Positions 22,970 to 34,680 of a stretch of DNA of 64,000 nucleotides are shown here, one piece after another (positions within the stretch are counted from its first letter, which is position 1; every line of letters starts with the position of its first letter). The position numbers were made by a program, and so were the translations under genes. Location: assembly GCA_010909165.1 (NCBI GenBank), contig MU008158.1, positions 3,063,478-3,127,477 of the forward strand. Direction: 5' to 3'. This stretch comes from Anthoceros angustus (taxonomy: Eukaryota > Plantae > Anthocerotophyta). The notes under the pieces were generated by a model. The model had not been told where the DNA came from. It saw nothing but the letters and a program-made list of their open reading frames with translations, and did no database searches.

Positions 22970-25900
22970 GGCTCGCTGCGAGCCCTTTCAATGTCCGTCC
23001 GCCCCTCCTCCGCCCTCTGCGATGTTCCTCAAAGTCTCCACTTGAAAGGCGGCTGCCGGCCGTTCCCTTCCCTCTCCCGCTCGCCCCTCGATGTCGGAGG
23101 GCTCGTGATCGTCTCCACCTCCGACACTTCGCTTTCCTCCTTCCTCCATCGGATCCCCCCTCCGTCCTCTCCGCCTCGGCCCCTCCATCTCCCCTTGCAA
23201 GACGCCCCATCTCCCTCCGCCCGCCCACTGCCATACGCCCGGCCTCACCAAGACCCCCTCCGCCTCCTCGCCATCCTCTCATTGCCTGTGCCCCGGCCCC
23301 TCCGCCTGCCTCCCGCTCCGCCTCGGCCCGTCCCTCCTCCGCCCCTCCCTCCTCCTCCCACGCCCCTCCCTTCCTCCCACCCGCGCCCCACCCGCCCACC
23401 TCACTCGCACCGGATGGCGCTCACGGCCCCGCCTCCGCCCCTTCCTCCTTCCCGCTCCGCCCGCGCCGCCTCCCTCCCGCTCCGCCCGCCCGCGCCCTCC
23501 GCCGCCCTCACTCCGCCCCTCCTCCTCCTCCGCCCGCCTCCTCCTCCGCCCCTCTCCGCCCCTCGCCTCCCTCCCTCCCGCTCCGCCTCGGCCCGCCCCT
23601 CCGTCCCTCCATCCAACCCCATCGTCCGACCCCTGCTCACGCCGCCATCCACCCCGCCTCCTATCACCCTCATCTCCCCTCCTTCCCCTCGTGACACCGC
23701 CGCCTCATCGCGCCCCACTCGCGCCATCAATCCGACCATCATCAGGCGAACCCAACCCCGCCTGCCTCCGCCTCGGCCCCCATGATCACTGCGGTGTTTG
23801 GCGTACTCGGGCCTATCCTCCCACACCGCCTCGCTGCGAGCCCTTTCAATGTCCGTCCGCCCCTCCTCCGCCTCTGCGATGTTCCTCAAAGTCTCCACTT
23901 GAAGGCGGCTGCCGGCGTTCCCTTCCCTCTCCCGCCCGCCCCTCTGTTTGATGTCGGAGGGCTCAATCGTCTCCACCTCCGACACCGCTTTCCTCCTTCC
24001 TCCATCGGATCCCCCCTCCGTCCTCTCCGCGCCTCGGCCTCCATCTCCCCTTGCAGCCGCCCCATCTCCCTCCGCCCGCCACCCACCCGCCGGTGGCGGC
24101 CTCACCCGGCACCCCTCCGCCTCCTCGCCATCCTCTCATTGCCACATGCCCCGGCCCCTCCGCCTGCCTCGCACCCGCTCTGGGCCTCGGCCCCCCCTCC
24201 GTCCCTCCTCCGGTTCCCGCAGCCGCCCCTCCCTTCCTCCCACCCGCGCCCGCCCGCCCACCCCGCCCGCCCGCCCCTCACTCGCACCGGATGGCGCTCA
24301 CGGCCCGCCCCCCCTCGCCCTTCCTCCTTCCGCCTGCCCTCCTCCGCCTCCCGCTCGCGCCCTCCGGCCCCTCCGCCCCTCCCTCCTACCGCTCCGCCCC
24401 TCGCCCTCTCCGCCCCTCGCCTCCCTCCCTCCCGCTCCGCCTCGGCCCGCCCCTCCGTCCCTCCATCCAACCCCATCGTCCGACCCCTGCTCACGCCGCC
24501 ATCCACCCCGCCTCCTATCACCCTCATCTCCCCTCCTTCCCCCTCGTGACACCGCCGCCTCATCGCGCCCCACTCGCGCCATCAATCCGACCATCATCAG
24601 GCGAACCCAACCCCGCCTGCCTCCGCCTCGGCCCCCATGATCACTGCGGTGTTTGGCGTACTCGGGCCTATCCTCCCACACCGCCTCGCTGCGAGCCCTT
24701 TCAATGTCCGTCCGCCCCTCCTCCGCCTCTGCGATGTTCCTCAAAGTCTCCACTTGAAGGCGGCTGCCGGCGTTCCCTTCCCTCTCCCGCCCGCCCCTCT
24801 GTTTGATGTCGGAGGGCTCAATCGTCTCCACCTCCGACACCGCTTTCCTCCTTCCTCCATCGGATCCCCCTCCGTCCTCTCCGCGCCTCGGCCTCCATCT
24901 CCCCTTGCAGCCGCCCCATCTCCCTCCGCCCGCCACCCCACCCGCCGGTGGCGGCCTCACCCGGCACCCCTCCGCCTCCTCGCCATCCTCTCATTGCCAC
25001 ATGCCCCGGCCCCTCCGCCTGCCTCGCACCCGCTCTGGGCCTCGGCCCCCCCTCCGTCCCTCCCTCCGGTTCCCGCAGCCGCCCCTCCCCTTCCTCCCAC
25101 CCGCGCCCTCGCCCGCCCGCCCACCCGCCCCTCACTCGCACCGGATGGCGCTCACGGCCCGCCCCCCCTCGCCCTTCCTCCTTCCGCTCCGCCCCTCCTC
25201 CGCCTCCCGCTCGCGCCCTCCGGCCCCTCCGCCCCTCCCTCCTACCGCTCCGCCCCTCGCCCTCTCCGCCCCTCGCCTCCCTCCCTCCCGCTCCGCCTCG
25301 GCCCGCCCCTCCGTCCCTCCATCCAACCCCATCGTCCGACCCCGTTCACGCTTTGCCATCCACCCGCGCCTCGTCATCACCCTCATCTCCCCTCCTTCCC
25401 CACCGCCGTCTTCGCCCCTCATCGCGCGCCTCCGCTCAATCCGACCACCATGCAGGCAGACCCAACCCCGTTCTCGGCGTCCCCATGATCATGCGGTGTT
25501 TGGCGTACTCGGGCCTATCCTCCCACCGCCCTCGCTTGCGTGGTCTCCGGCGGGATTCACTACTTGGAGCGGTCGGGTTCGGCCGAGCACGCCACTTGTT
25601 CCATCTCGACAATGCGTGGTTTCCCTCATCTCGGCCGTATGTCGAATAATTCCGCTTTCACGCCACCGACAATTGTTCATGAAATGAACGCTATGTGCCT
25701 TATTCACTTGACGCTTTGGGTTGCCATCCACCCCCATGCCTAAGGACATTGATGCCTGCCTTGCTTCTTTCCACAAATCCACGATACAATGTTTCAAATA
25801 CCCTGACCCCACCATTATTCCTACGCCTTTCCACCCCACAACTCTACGGTGATAGGCCACTGGTGTGTGCACGTTGAAGAGAAACACGAGACTCTTTGTA

Positions 25901-27860
25901 GCAAGCAGCCCCCCTACACTCGGGAATTTCGGGCTCCCATATATCGCGCAGGTTTCGAGGATGACGTGAGCACTGCAAAGCCTCCTCTTCGCAAAGAAGC
26001 TCACTTGTCCACGACAAGACATACGCACCGGTTGTCAAGGAGAACGGCAACCGACATTGCCGCATCGGCACCCCTGACGCTGGCAATTGTCATTCGCCCC
26101 GCCGATCGCCGCATGCCATCGCCAACATGCCCATGTAGTCCGCCGCCCGTCCACACATCTAAGCGAACTGTCGGCGGCCCCATACACGATGCACTGAGTG
26201 TCACATCCCCACTCCACCCCGCAGCCCACCCATCGCCCTTTGCGGTGCGCGCATGCTCCTTTCGTAGGATGCATGGCGCCCGCAGCCCGCGGTGCACATC
26301 CCGGCTCGCTGCGAGCCCTTTCAATGTCCGTCCGCCCCTCCTCCGCCTCTGCGATGTTCCTCAAAGTCTCCACTTGAAGGCGGCTGCCGGCGTTCCCTTC
26401 CCTCTCCCGCCCGCCCCTCTGTTTGATGTCGGAGGGCTCAATCGTCTCCACCTCCGACACTTCGCTTTCCTCCTTCCTCCATCGGATCCCCCTCCGTCCT
26501 CTCCGCGCCTCGGCCTCCATCTCCCCTTGCAGCCGCCCCATCTCCCTCCGCCCGCCACCCCACCCGCCGGTGGCGGCCTCACCCGGCACCCCTCCGCCTC
26601 CTCGCCATCCTCTCATTGCCACATGCCCCGGCCCCTCCGCCTGCCTCGCACCCGCTCTGGGCCTCGGCCCCCCCTCCGTCCCTCCCTCCGGTTCCCGCAG
26701 CCGCCCCTCCCCTTCCTCCCACCCGCGCCCTCGCCCGCCCGCCCACCCGCCCCTCACTCGCACCGGATGGCGCTCACGGCCCGCCCCCCCTCGCCCTTCC
26801 TCCTTCCCGCTCCGCCCCTCCTCCGCCTCCCGCTCGCGCCCTCCGGCCCCTCCGCCCCTCCCTCCTACCGCTCCGCCCCTCGCCCTCTCCGCCCCTCGCC
26901 TCCCTCCCTCCCGCTCCGCCTCGGCCCGCCCCTCCGTCCCTCCATCCAACCCCATCGTCCGACCCCGTTCACGCTTTGCCATCCACCCGCGCCTCGTCAT
27001 CACCCTCATCTCCCCTCCTTCCCCACCGCCGTCTTCGCCCCTCATCGCGCGCCTCCGCTCAATCCGACCACCATGCAGGCAGACCCAACCCCGTTCTCGG
27101 CGTCCCCATGATCATGCGGTGTTTGGCGTACTCGGGCCTATCCTCCCACCGCCCTCGCTTGCGTGGTCTCCGTGGGATTCACTACTTGGAGCAGCGGTCG
27201 GGTTCGGCCGAGCACGCCACTTGTTCCATCGACAATGCGTGGTTTCCCTCATCTCCGTATGTCGAATAATTCCGCTTTCACGCCACCGACAATTTGTTTC
27301 ATGAAATGAGCGTCATGTGCCTTATTCACTTGACGCTTTGGGTTGCCATCCACCCCCATGCCTAAGGACATTCATGCACCTTGCTTCTTTCCACAAATCC
27401 ACGATACAATGTTTCACCCCCATTATTCCTCGCCTTTCCACCCCACAACTCTACGGTGATAGGCCACTGGTGTGTGCGTTGAAGAAACACGAGACTCTTT
27501 GTAGCAGCCCCCTAAAATTTCGGGCTCCCATATCTTTGCGATGCTCGAGGATGGCGTGAGCACAAAGCCTCCTCTTGACAAAAGCTCACCTTGTCCACGT
27601 ACAAGACATCGCGATCAGGTTGTCAAGGAGAAAGCACCGACATTGCCGGGCGGCACCCCTCGTCGACTCGCGGGCAATTGTCATTCCCGCCGATCGCGCA
27701 TGCCATCGCCAACATGCCCATGTAGTCCCGCCCGGTCCACACATCTAGGCCGTCGTGGCGGTCCATACAGTATGCACCAGTGTCACATCCCCACTCCACC
27801 GGACCACCCATCGCCCTTTGCGGTCTGCGCGCATGCTCCCACCGTAGGATGCATGGCGAT
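22970..27860 (-). repeat. C-rich (+)/purine-rich (-) low-complexity region in nested tandem copies (~855 bp and ~1.62 kb units); probably the N-terminal part of the transposase gene
   Basis: Marker GCGAGCCCTTTCAATGTCCGTCCG recurs at ~22978, 23836, 24691, 26311; the block 25490-26280 recurs at 27110-27855; ORF 25489..26028(-) looks protein-like. Confidence 0.8.
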
Positions 27861-29120
27861 CGCGATTCGATCGAGCATCGTGTCCACCACCGTCGCATGG
27901 TACACGTGGTCGCGATCGAACCACCCACGTACACCGTCGACCATCGTCACCAAGCACGCGATGACTTTGCATCCGCCTCACCACACCACCATTGCGCACT
28001 CAACGCGGCCAACTCCATCGCCGCCGCATCCCTTCTCCTTCCGTGTTGGACCGCCCCAACCCACCAATCCGTAGCCGAGGCTCCTTGTTCTTCGCAGCCT
28101 CCGCAATTCAAATGTGTCCATGTGCTGAAATAGATACCCTCGGTGCATGTGCCGCAACCCCCGTCCACAACTGCATTGCCCACCTCTCATCCGGAGCATC
28201 CTCCACTGCATGGTTCCATCCTGCACGCACCAAAACCACCCACGAGTCCAAGCCCGCAGCCCTTGTCTCCTCCACCGAAGACATGCGCCACCATGTCCCA
28301 GTCCATCCGCTATGCGGGCGTGTCCGAATGTCGTCGGCAAGCGTTCGAACACCGGCATGGACGGCGATGATGTCGGCGTCCTCTACCCCGTCGTCATCGC
28401 GGAACGCTGCCGCCATCGCCGCCCACGCCCGCGGTCCTCGCTCGCTCCGCCCCAACGGATCCGCTACCGCTGTGGCCCCATCCTGCAAAAACACAGACGA
28501 GCCACCGCCTTCTTCGTTCCATGCTCAATGACCCTCCTTTCCTTAGCCTTTGCCCGCCCCAACTAACCCCACTGCTCACGCCCGCTCATGTGTCTTGCAT
28601 TGCCGACCGACCGCGATTGAAGTTCCCAATGTCCCTTCACCCAGGTTTCGTCGACTTGTTGTCGCGCCCCTCGGCGTCGTCGGAAGCAGTGGTCTGCTCG
28701 CCCGATGACCCGCCATGGCTCCACGATTTCCACAACTCGACCGTCGAGAATGGAGTGTCCTCCAACGGCGCGCATGGACTCTTCCTTCCGCTTGAAATTG
28801 AATAAGGCGGGCATCGCGATTTTCGGAGGCACCGCAGAGGCGCGATGTCATTGCTCCTCCGCCACACTTTAAGATTCCGCACGCCGCCACGTTGTCCTTC
28901 TCGACCGCGGTGCATTAATTCGCCTCCTTTTGTGTGCACAAGCTACCACCTTCGGCCCCACATACTCACAAGCGAACACAGCCAATGAACACGCAACTTG
29001 CACTCATCAATAATTACCAATGGGATGGCATTTCGGAAACATGTAGTCCACACTCCCAACTGAACATCACACATCACACAACGACTTGGCCACCTCTCTA
29101 CAATGGCTCGGCAATCTACG

Positions 29121-32100
29121 CTAGGCCATGCCATAAACCGTGTTGTGAGAAATGGCGGTCAGCACCCTCGCGCACATAGTGTCCTCGGAGTCATACAATG
29201 GAAGGAGCAATGTCCCGCTGCACGTCATGGCTGTGGGGAGCTGTCCTCCCGTCATCAATGGTACTTCAAACACCACAATTGGCGCCCCTCACCAAAGAAC
29301 ACGCGGTCCGTTATGAAGGTGTATGCCGCTCGCAAAGACAACCTACGACTGGCGCGAACATGGTCTCATGGGGGTGCATGCCTCAAAGGTCGTCCTGCTG
29401 AAGTTATCTCGTACATCCTTGAGCACCGGAGAAAAGAAATCGACCACCTCCAAAGATAACGTGTTCACAATGGGCATCACCGCCCGAAAGGCCCAAGCTG
29501 CACCACAAGTCCGAACCCGTCCACAAGCCCCAACATGCAAGCACTTTTAAACAAGACCTCCTGCTAGCCTCTCGGACCATGCTCACCTCCATGCCAAGCC
29601 GCGGTCCCCGACGAAGGCGTGCAAAATGTCGAAAAACTCGGATCCCCACCGTGATGAGGGCAACGGCCTCCTTGATGGCCGCATGCCGGGTCCGCACTTG
29701 CCCATGAGGCCTTCTTCAAAGATAGACAACACACCCATCACCTCCGGTAGCACGCTTTCATGTCCGCCTTGAAGGCCTTCCTCAAGAACGATGAGCCCGC
29801 GATCTTGCCACACCTTCTCGACGCCCATCCGGCCGCCAAGGGCGTGTAATTGTGGCCACTGGCCATGGGGCATGACACTTGCACGCCGGCCGCGACCATG
29901 TACACGAGGTAGCCAAAGAACCGAGCCTGTGAGTCGAGGCCGTGTTAGAATGAAAGGCTGCAGCTATGATGAACACTCCACACACACGCGACTCACCACA
30001 CAATCGCCATCCGCGAGATGGACTTCCCTTTTGATGTGGTGCGGTCCCCGAGCCCCGGGGTTGTCCTCGCCTCAAACACGCGTTCATGAACATGGGATTC
30101 TCGCTGCATTGCCGCCATGCCTCGCCGCCGCGAGTCGGCCTCACAGTCAACCGCTCGCCCAACCCATGCCGGGTTGCGATCTTGGACATGGAACCGTGGA
30201 ACACAGACTTCCCATCACAATGTTGCTTGAAGAGGTCGAGGGGCCCGCAGACTGGCCGCCGCCTCACCAAAGAACACGCGTCCGTAATGAAGGTGTCTGC
30301 CGCCTGTCGCAAAGACAACCTACGACTCCGCGCGAACATGGTCTTCATAGGGGTGCATGCCTCAAAGGTCGTCCTGCTCGTGAAGTTATCACTGTACATC
30401 CTTGAGCACCGGAGAAAAGAACCGACCACCTCCAAAGATAACGTGTTCACAATGGGCATCACCGCCGAAAGGCCCAAGCTGCACCACAAGTCCGAACCCG
30501 CCCCACAAGCCCCCAACATGCAAGCACTTTTAAACAAGACCTCCTGCTAGCCTCTCGACCATGCTCACCTCCATGCTGCGGTCCCCGAAGGCGTGCAAAA
30601 TGTCGAAAAACTCCGGATCCCCACCGTGATGAGGGCAACGGCCTCCTTGATGGCCGCATGCCGGGTCCGCACTTGCCCATGAGGCCTTCTTCAAAGATAG
30701 ACAACACACCCATCACCTCCGGTAGCACGCTTCCCGCCTTGAAGGCCTTCCTCAAGAACGATGAGCCCGCGCATCTTGCCACACCTTCCGTGACGCCGTC
30801 CATCCGGCCGCCAAGGGCGTGTGCAATTGTGGCCACCATGGGGCATGACACTTGCACGGCCGCCAAAGACCATGTACACGAGGTAGCCAAAGAACCGAGC
30901 CTGTGAGTCGAGGCTGCGTGTTAGAATGAAAGGCTGCAGCTATGATGAACACTCCACACACACGCGACTCACCACACAATCGCTCATCCGCGAGACTTCC
31001 CTTTTGATGTGGTGCGGTCCCCGAGCCCCGGGGTTGTCCTCGCCTCAAACACGCAGTTCATGAACATGGGATTCGCCGCACGCCATGCTCGCCGATGCCG
31101 CGAGTCGGCCCCTCCAACTGCCTCCGCCTGCAACTACCCCCATGGGTTGCGATCGGACATGGAACCGTGGAACACAGACTTCCCATCACAATGTTGCTTG
31201 AAGAGGTCGACAGGCCCGTGATTCTGCCACACACCCGCAAATGTGAAAGTGGCCATGGCGGCGTATCTTGGGCACTTCAATCGAATGGCAAGAGGCGCAG
31301 GAGGTCCTACCTTCAAGACAATCCGCCTCTTACGCGGCTGCCTATGGATGGGCTCCAGTGGTATTTGTGAGGCGAACCGGCGATAGCGGAGTTGGCGGCA
31401 TCGTGGGCCTCTTGCGCCACTTCTGTGTAAACCGCCGACGCCTCCTCACAAATCGTTACGCTCGCCCGCGGGCGGGCGCTCTCTTCCATTCTCGGTGGCC
31501 GTGCGGCGCGGCAACTCCTCCTCATCAGCAGTGGCGGAGGTTGGTTGTGGCCCATGTCTCCAAAGAAGTCCTCGTGCTCTATGGCCCCGAGATCGAGGGC
31601 CGGGTCTACGCCTTCCAGCTTCAAGAGCCTCGCCCGCGGGCGGGCGCGATCGGCGAAGCCTTCTCTCGCCCCGACATCGTAAAGCTCCAACCCCGGACGC
31701 CACCACCGCCGCAGCAACCCCTCCGTGTCTATCCGATGTCCTCGCCGCCCATAATCGAGTGCACTTGGTCAACACCGCATGGTCCGGATTCCCCATCCTG
31801 CACTCTCTCTCGCGCCGCAGGATGTCGAAAAACATCTTGGCCTCACGCCGCGCATTCCGCTTCGCGCATGGGAGATGGTCGGCGCTTTCTTCGCAGCCTC
31901 CGGAGGACGGCAGACCGCCATGCCGCAACCGCTCGTATGTTTCGAATCGAGGCGGGTCTCGTCTTCGGCTTCAAGAGCCTGCAGGCGGTGCGATCGGCGA
32001 TGAAGCCTTCTCTTGTCGACATCGTAAAGCTCCAACCGGGGCCGACCGGTGCCGCAACCCCTCCGTGTCTGTCAGGTGTCACATCGCCTTCTCCATAATC

Positions 32101-33822
32101 GAGTGCACTTGGTCAACACGCGTGGTCGGATTCCCCATCCACACTCTCTCGCGCCTCGCGGGATGTCGAAAAACATCTTGGCCTCACGCTCGCGCATTCC
32201 GTTTCGCGCATGGGAGATGGTGGCGGCTTTCTTCGCGACCTCGGGAGGGGCCAGGCGGTGCCATGCCGCAACCGCTCGTATGTTTCGACAATCGCGCCCG
32301 ATGGCGGATGGCTGCGATCGCGTTCCCGCCTTTGGATGCTCCAACTCCCATCGATCAGCCACGGAGGGCGCCACCGCCTTTCATCTGCGGAATCGTCAAT
32401 GACTACGAAGGCCCCACTGCAGCGTAATGTGCCTCGAGTCGGCGATGACGCCCGGAAGCCACTTGGTCGGTCGGATCTCGCCGTCCGACCGGAGATCGAT
32501 CGCCGTCCACCACTTGTGTGCAGTACGTCATCTCCGTCGAAATCCGCTTCGCCGACGCCTCCTTCCTCCTCTTCAAGACCGCTTTTCGAGTTGCGGACCA
32601 TGAACGGCGCCATCGGGATACAGGATCCCAGACATACAAAAGCGCACCTTGCAAAACGTGAGCGCCTGTGATGCAAGCACGGCGGAACAGGCGGGTCATC
32701 TGTGAGGACTGCGGCGAATGCTGGCACCTTCGTTGCGCTCGATGAAGCAACCAGGCCCAAATTGCGGGGAAGGCGGAAGAGGCGCCACCGGTCCACGAGT
32801 GCGGCCGCACCCCCCGGTTCAAACTCCGCTCATACCGCCTCCCACGGGCATGGCAATGCAGATGCGTAACTCCACCATGCGATGCATTGCGGCAATCCTC
32901 CGACAAAGCGCCTCCCCATCGCCTCGGGTCCTAAGTGGATGGCCTCGTAATGCGATTCGCGAACTGATAGAGCTTCTTCATGTGCACCGCCGCCGCGACG
33001 CCCGCCCTCTCGCCGTCTCCCCTGTGAACCATAATCGGGTGATTGCGGCGTTGTGTGAGGGGATGTTTCCCATTGCCGCACGCATCGCAGGTGTTCCGGC
33101 CGTGGAGGGAACGTGCACCCCACCTCACTCCCGGAAGGTACCGCCCGGCCGCGCCTGCGTCGCCGATCCCGCAATGCACACTGCCAAGGGTCCGCTGCAC
33201 CGATACCGGTGTCCGCACACACCGGAGGGGTTGCGGATTGCCTCGCGACCGTGAATTCTAGCAGTGCGGAGGCTTGGAAACGCGATGAGGCCGACCTTGG
33301 CGATTTGATCGAAGACATTTGCATCCTCGCCGTGAGTTCACCCAATCTCCGAGAATGTCGCCACCGCCATCGCATGCAGATTCACCGCGACGGCGCCCGC
33401 CTCCTCGCCGCCATGTTTTCACTTGGATTGGTGCGAGTCCACCAAACAAAGATGGTGTGCCTTGGTCACGGCCTCCACGCGATTTCCAAGGGTGGGAGAT
33501 GGCGAGGGGGAAGGGCGTGTCCGCGATGATGGCGAACCAGCCGCCGAGCCGCAGGAAGATACGAGCGCCGCCTCCCGCCTTCACGCCTTCGCATGACAAG
33601 AGCGCAGAGGTTCATTATTTCGTGGAGTCGTGCCCCCAAACGCCTCAAACCCCGCTTAGGATTAACAGCAAATGCCCGCCTTTCTGCGCTGTACGGGAAA
33701 CACGACATTCATTACATCGGAAAGACGGAGATGGGCGCGCCGGTCGTGCCGCCGTCTCCTCCAGCATGCACCTCGTCGGATGGCCGCATTGTTTAAGGGC
33801 AGATGCTGGAGATGAGGACATG
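29121..33822 (-). pseudogene. HECT-domain E3 ubiquitin ligase-like gene carried by the IS3EU-like element (spliced, frameshifted; ~980 bp and ~355 bp internal duplications)
   Basis: The final minus-strand frame reads GAPIVVFEVPLMTGGQLPTAMTCSGTLLLPLYDSEDTMCARVLTAISHNTVYGMA* (stop 29121-29123), matching the HECT C-lobe LPxAxTC..L.LP.Y...L..AI....F/YG.. consensus with Cys at ~29221. Upstream LGERLTVR and ARFFGYLVYMV resemble N-lobe motifs. The 5' limit (ATG ~33821) is tentative. Confidence 0.78.
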
Positions 33823-34596
33823 TTGCTTTAAACGCGCCCTTCTAGAAGACGCGTAGTTTATGTTTGAAGTATTACAGTGCGAGGGACCGGACAGAGGTCA
33901 GACAAGAATGCGGCCGCGACGCTTGGGGAAGACGCGGTCACATCTTCAGAACAGGGCCATGCTGCAATGGCAAGGCGTGAATAAGTGTTCGGTAAATTTC
34001 GCCTACAAAACATCGTCCGCTCACGTGAAGGGGGATTCCGACATGACCAAGGACGGCCGTGTTCTCGCTGTAGTACTATGTTTTGTCAAATCACTTCCTC
34101 CATACCATACTCAACCCAAGCATATATAGTGAATTTGTCCTGGCATCCCTACTAGAAATGGCCCCTATGTTACGTTGTTGCAATTTTATGTTACACTTGT
34201 AACTTGCAACATCATTTGGAGGCTTGGTATTAAGTTTGTCATTTCTTTCCGCATTGGGCCTACAATCTTAACACGAACCTTGCTCTCTCTCCTACCACTT
34301 CACCCTCTTAACTACATCCCTCTCTCATACGCATTGTTTATGAATTCCCTCATGCAAATGCAACATGAGTAATAAGGACCCTCTCTCTCTTCTCTATCGG
34401 TCCCCTCTTTATTACACCCCATTGGAAGTACAATTAGTTAATGTTTTTCCTATTGCTCTTCATTGCACTCTCTCTTCACAACTATTGTTAATGGCGCCAA
34501 ACTGGATATCACACTAACATGCTCATTAATTGTCTCTCATTAATTGTCTCCTTCCTCTACCACGATGACCATAATTCCTATATCAACCTTTTTCCC

Positions 34597-34680
34597 TACC
34601 ATAGCTATTATTGGCTTGTATACTAATTGTTTATGGCTTACCATAGCTATTATTGGCTTGTATACTATTTGTTTATGGCT
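34597..34680. repeat. 42-bp direct duplication in the CACTA left subterminal region
   Basis: TACCATAGCTATTATTGGCTTGTATACTA(A/T)TTGTTTATGGCT occurs twice in tandem. Confidence 0.85.

Larger units (their letters stand above)
15916..34109 (-). mobile_element. IS3EU-like DNA transposon (~18 kb as assembled) encoding an integrase-core DDE transposase and a HECT-domain protein
   Basis: Left end CCCAAC|TATGGCAT (15910-15923; duplicate at 14281-14294), right end ATACCATA|CTCAAC (34102-34115): 7/8 inverted match and a 5/6 six-bp TSD. Host PPR sequence stops at the left end. TAY..RTA ends with 6-bp TSD are the described IS3EU signature. The TIR is very short, so boundaries are moderately supported. 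Confidence 0.72.

Noticed and set aside
22636-27304. Numerous long Pro-rich + strand ORFs (extensin-like)
   Set aside because: Products of stop-poor C-rich low-complexity DNA; open in several frames at once.
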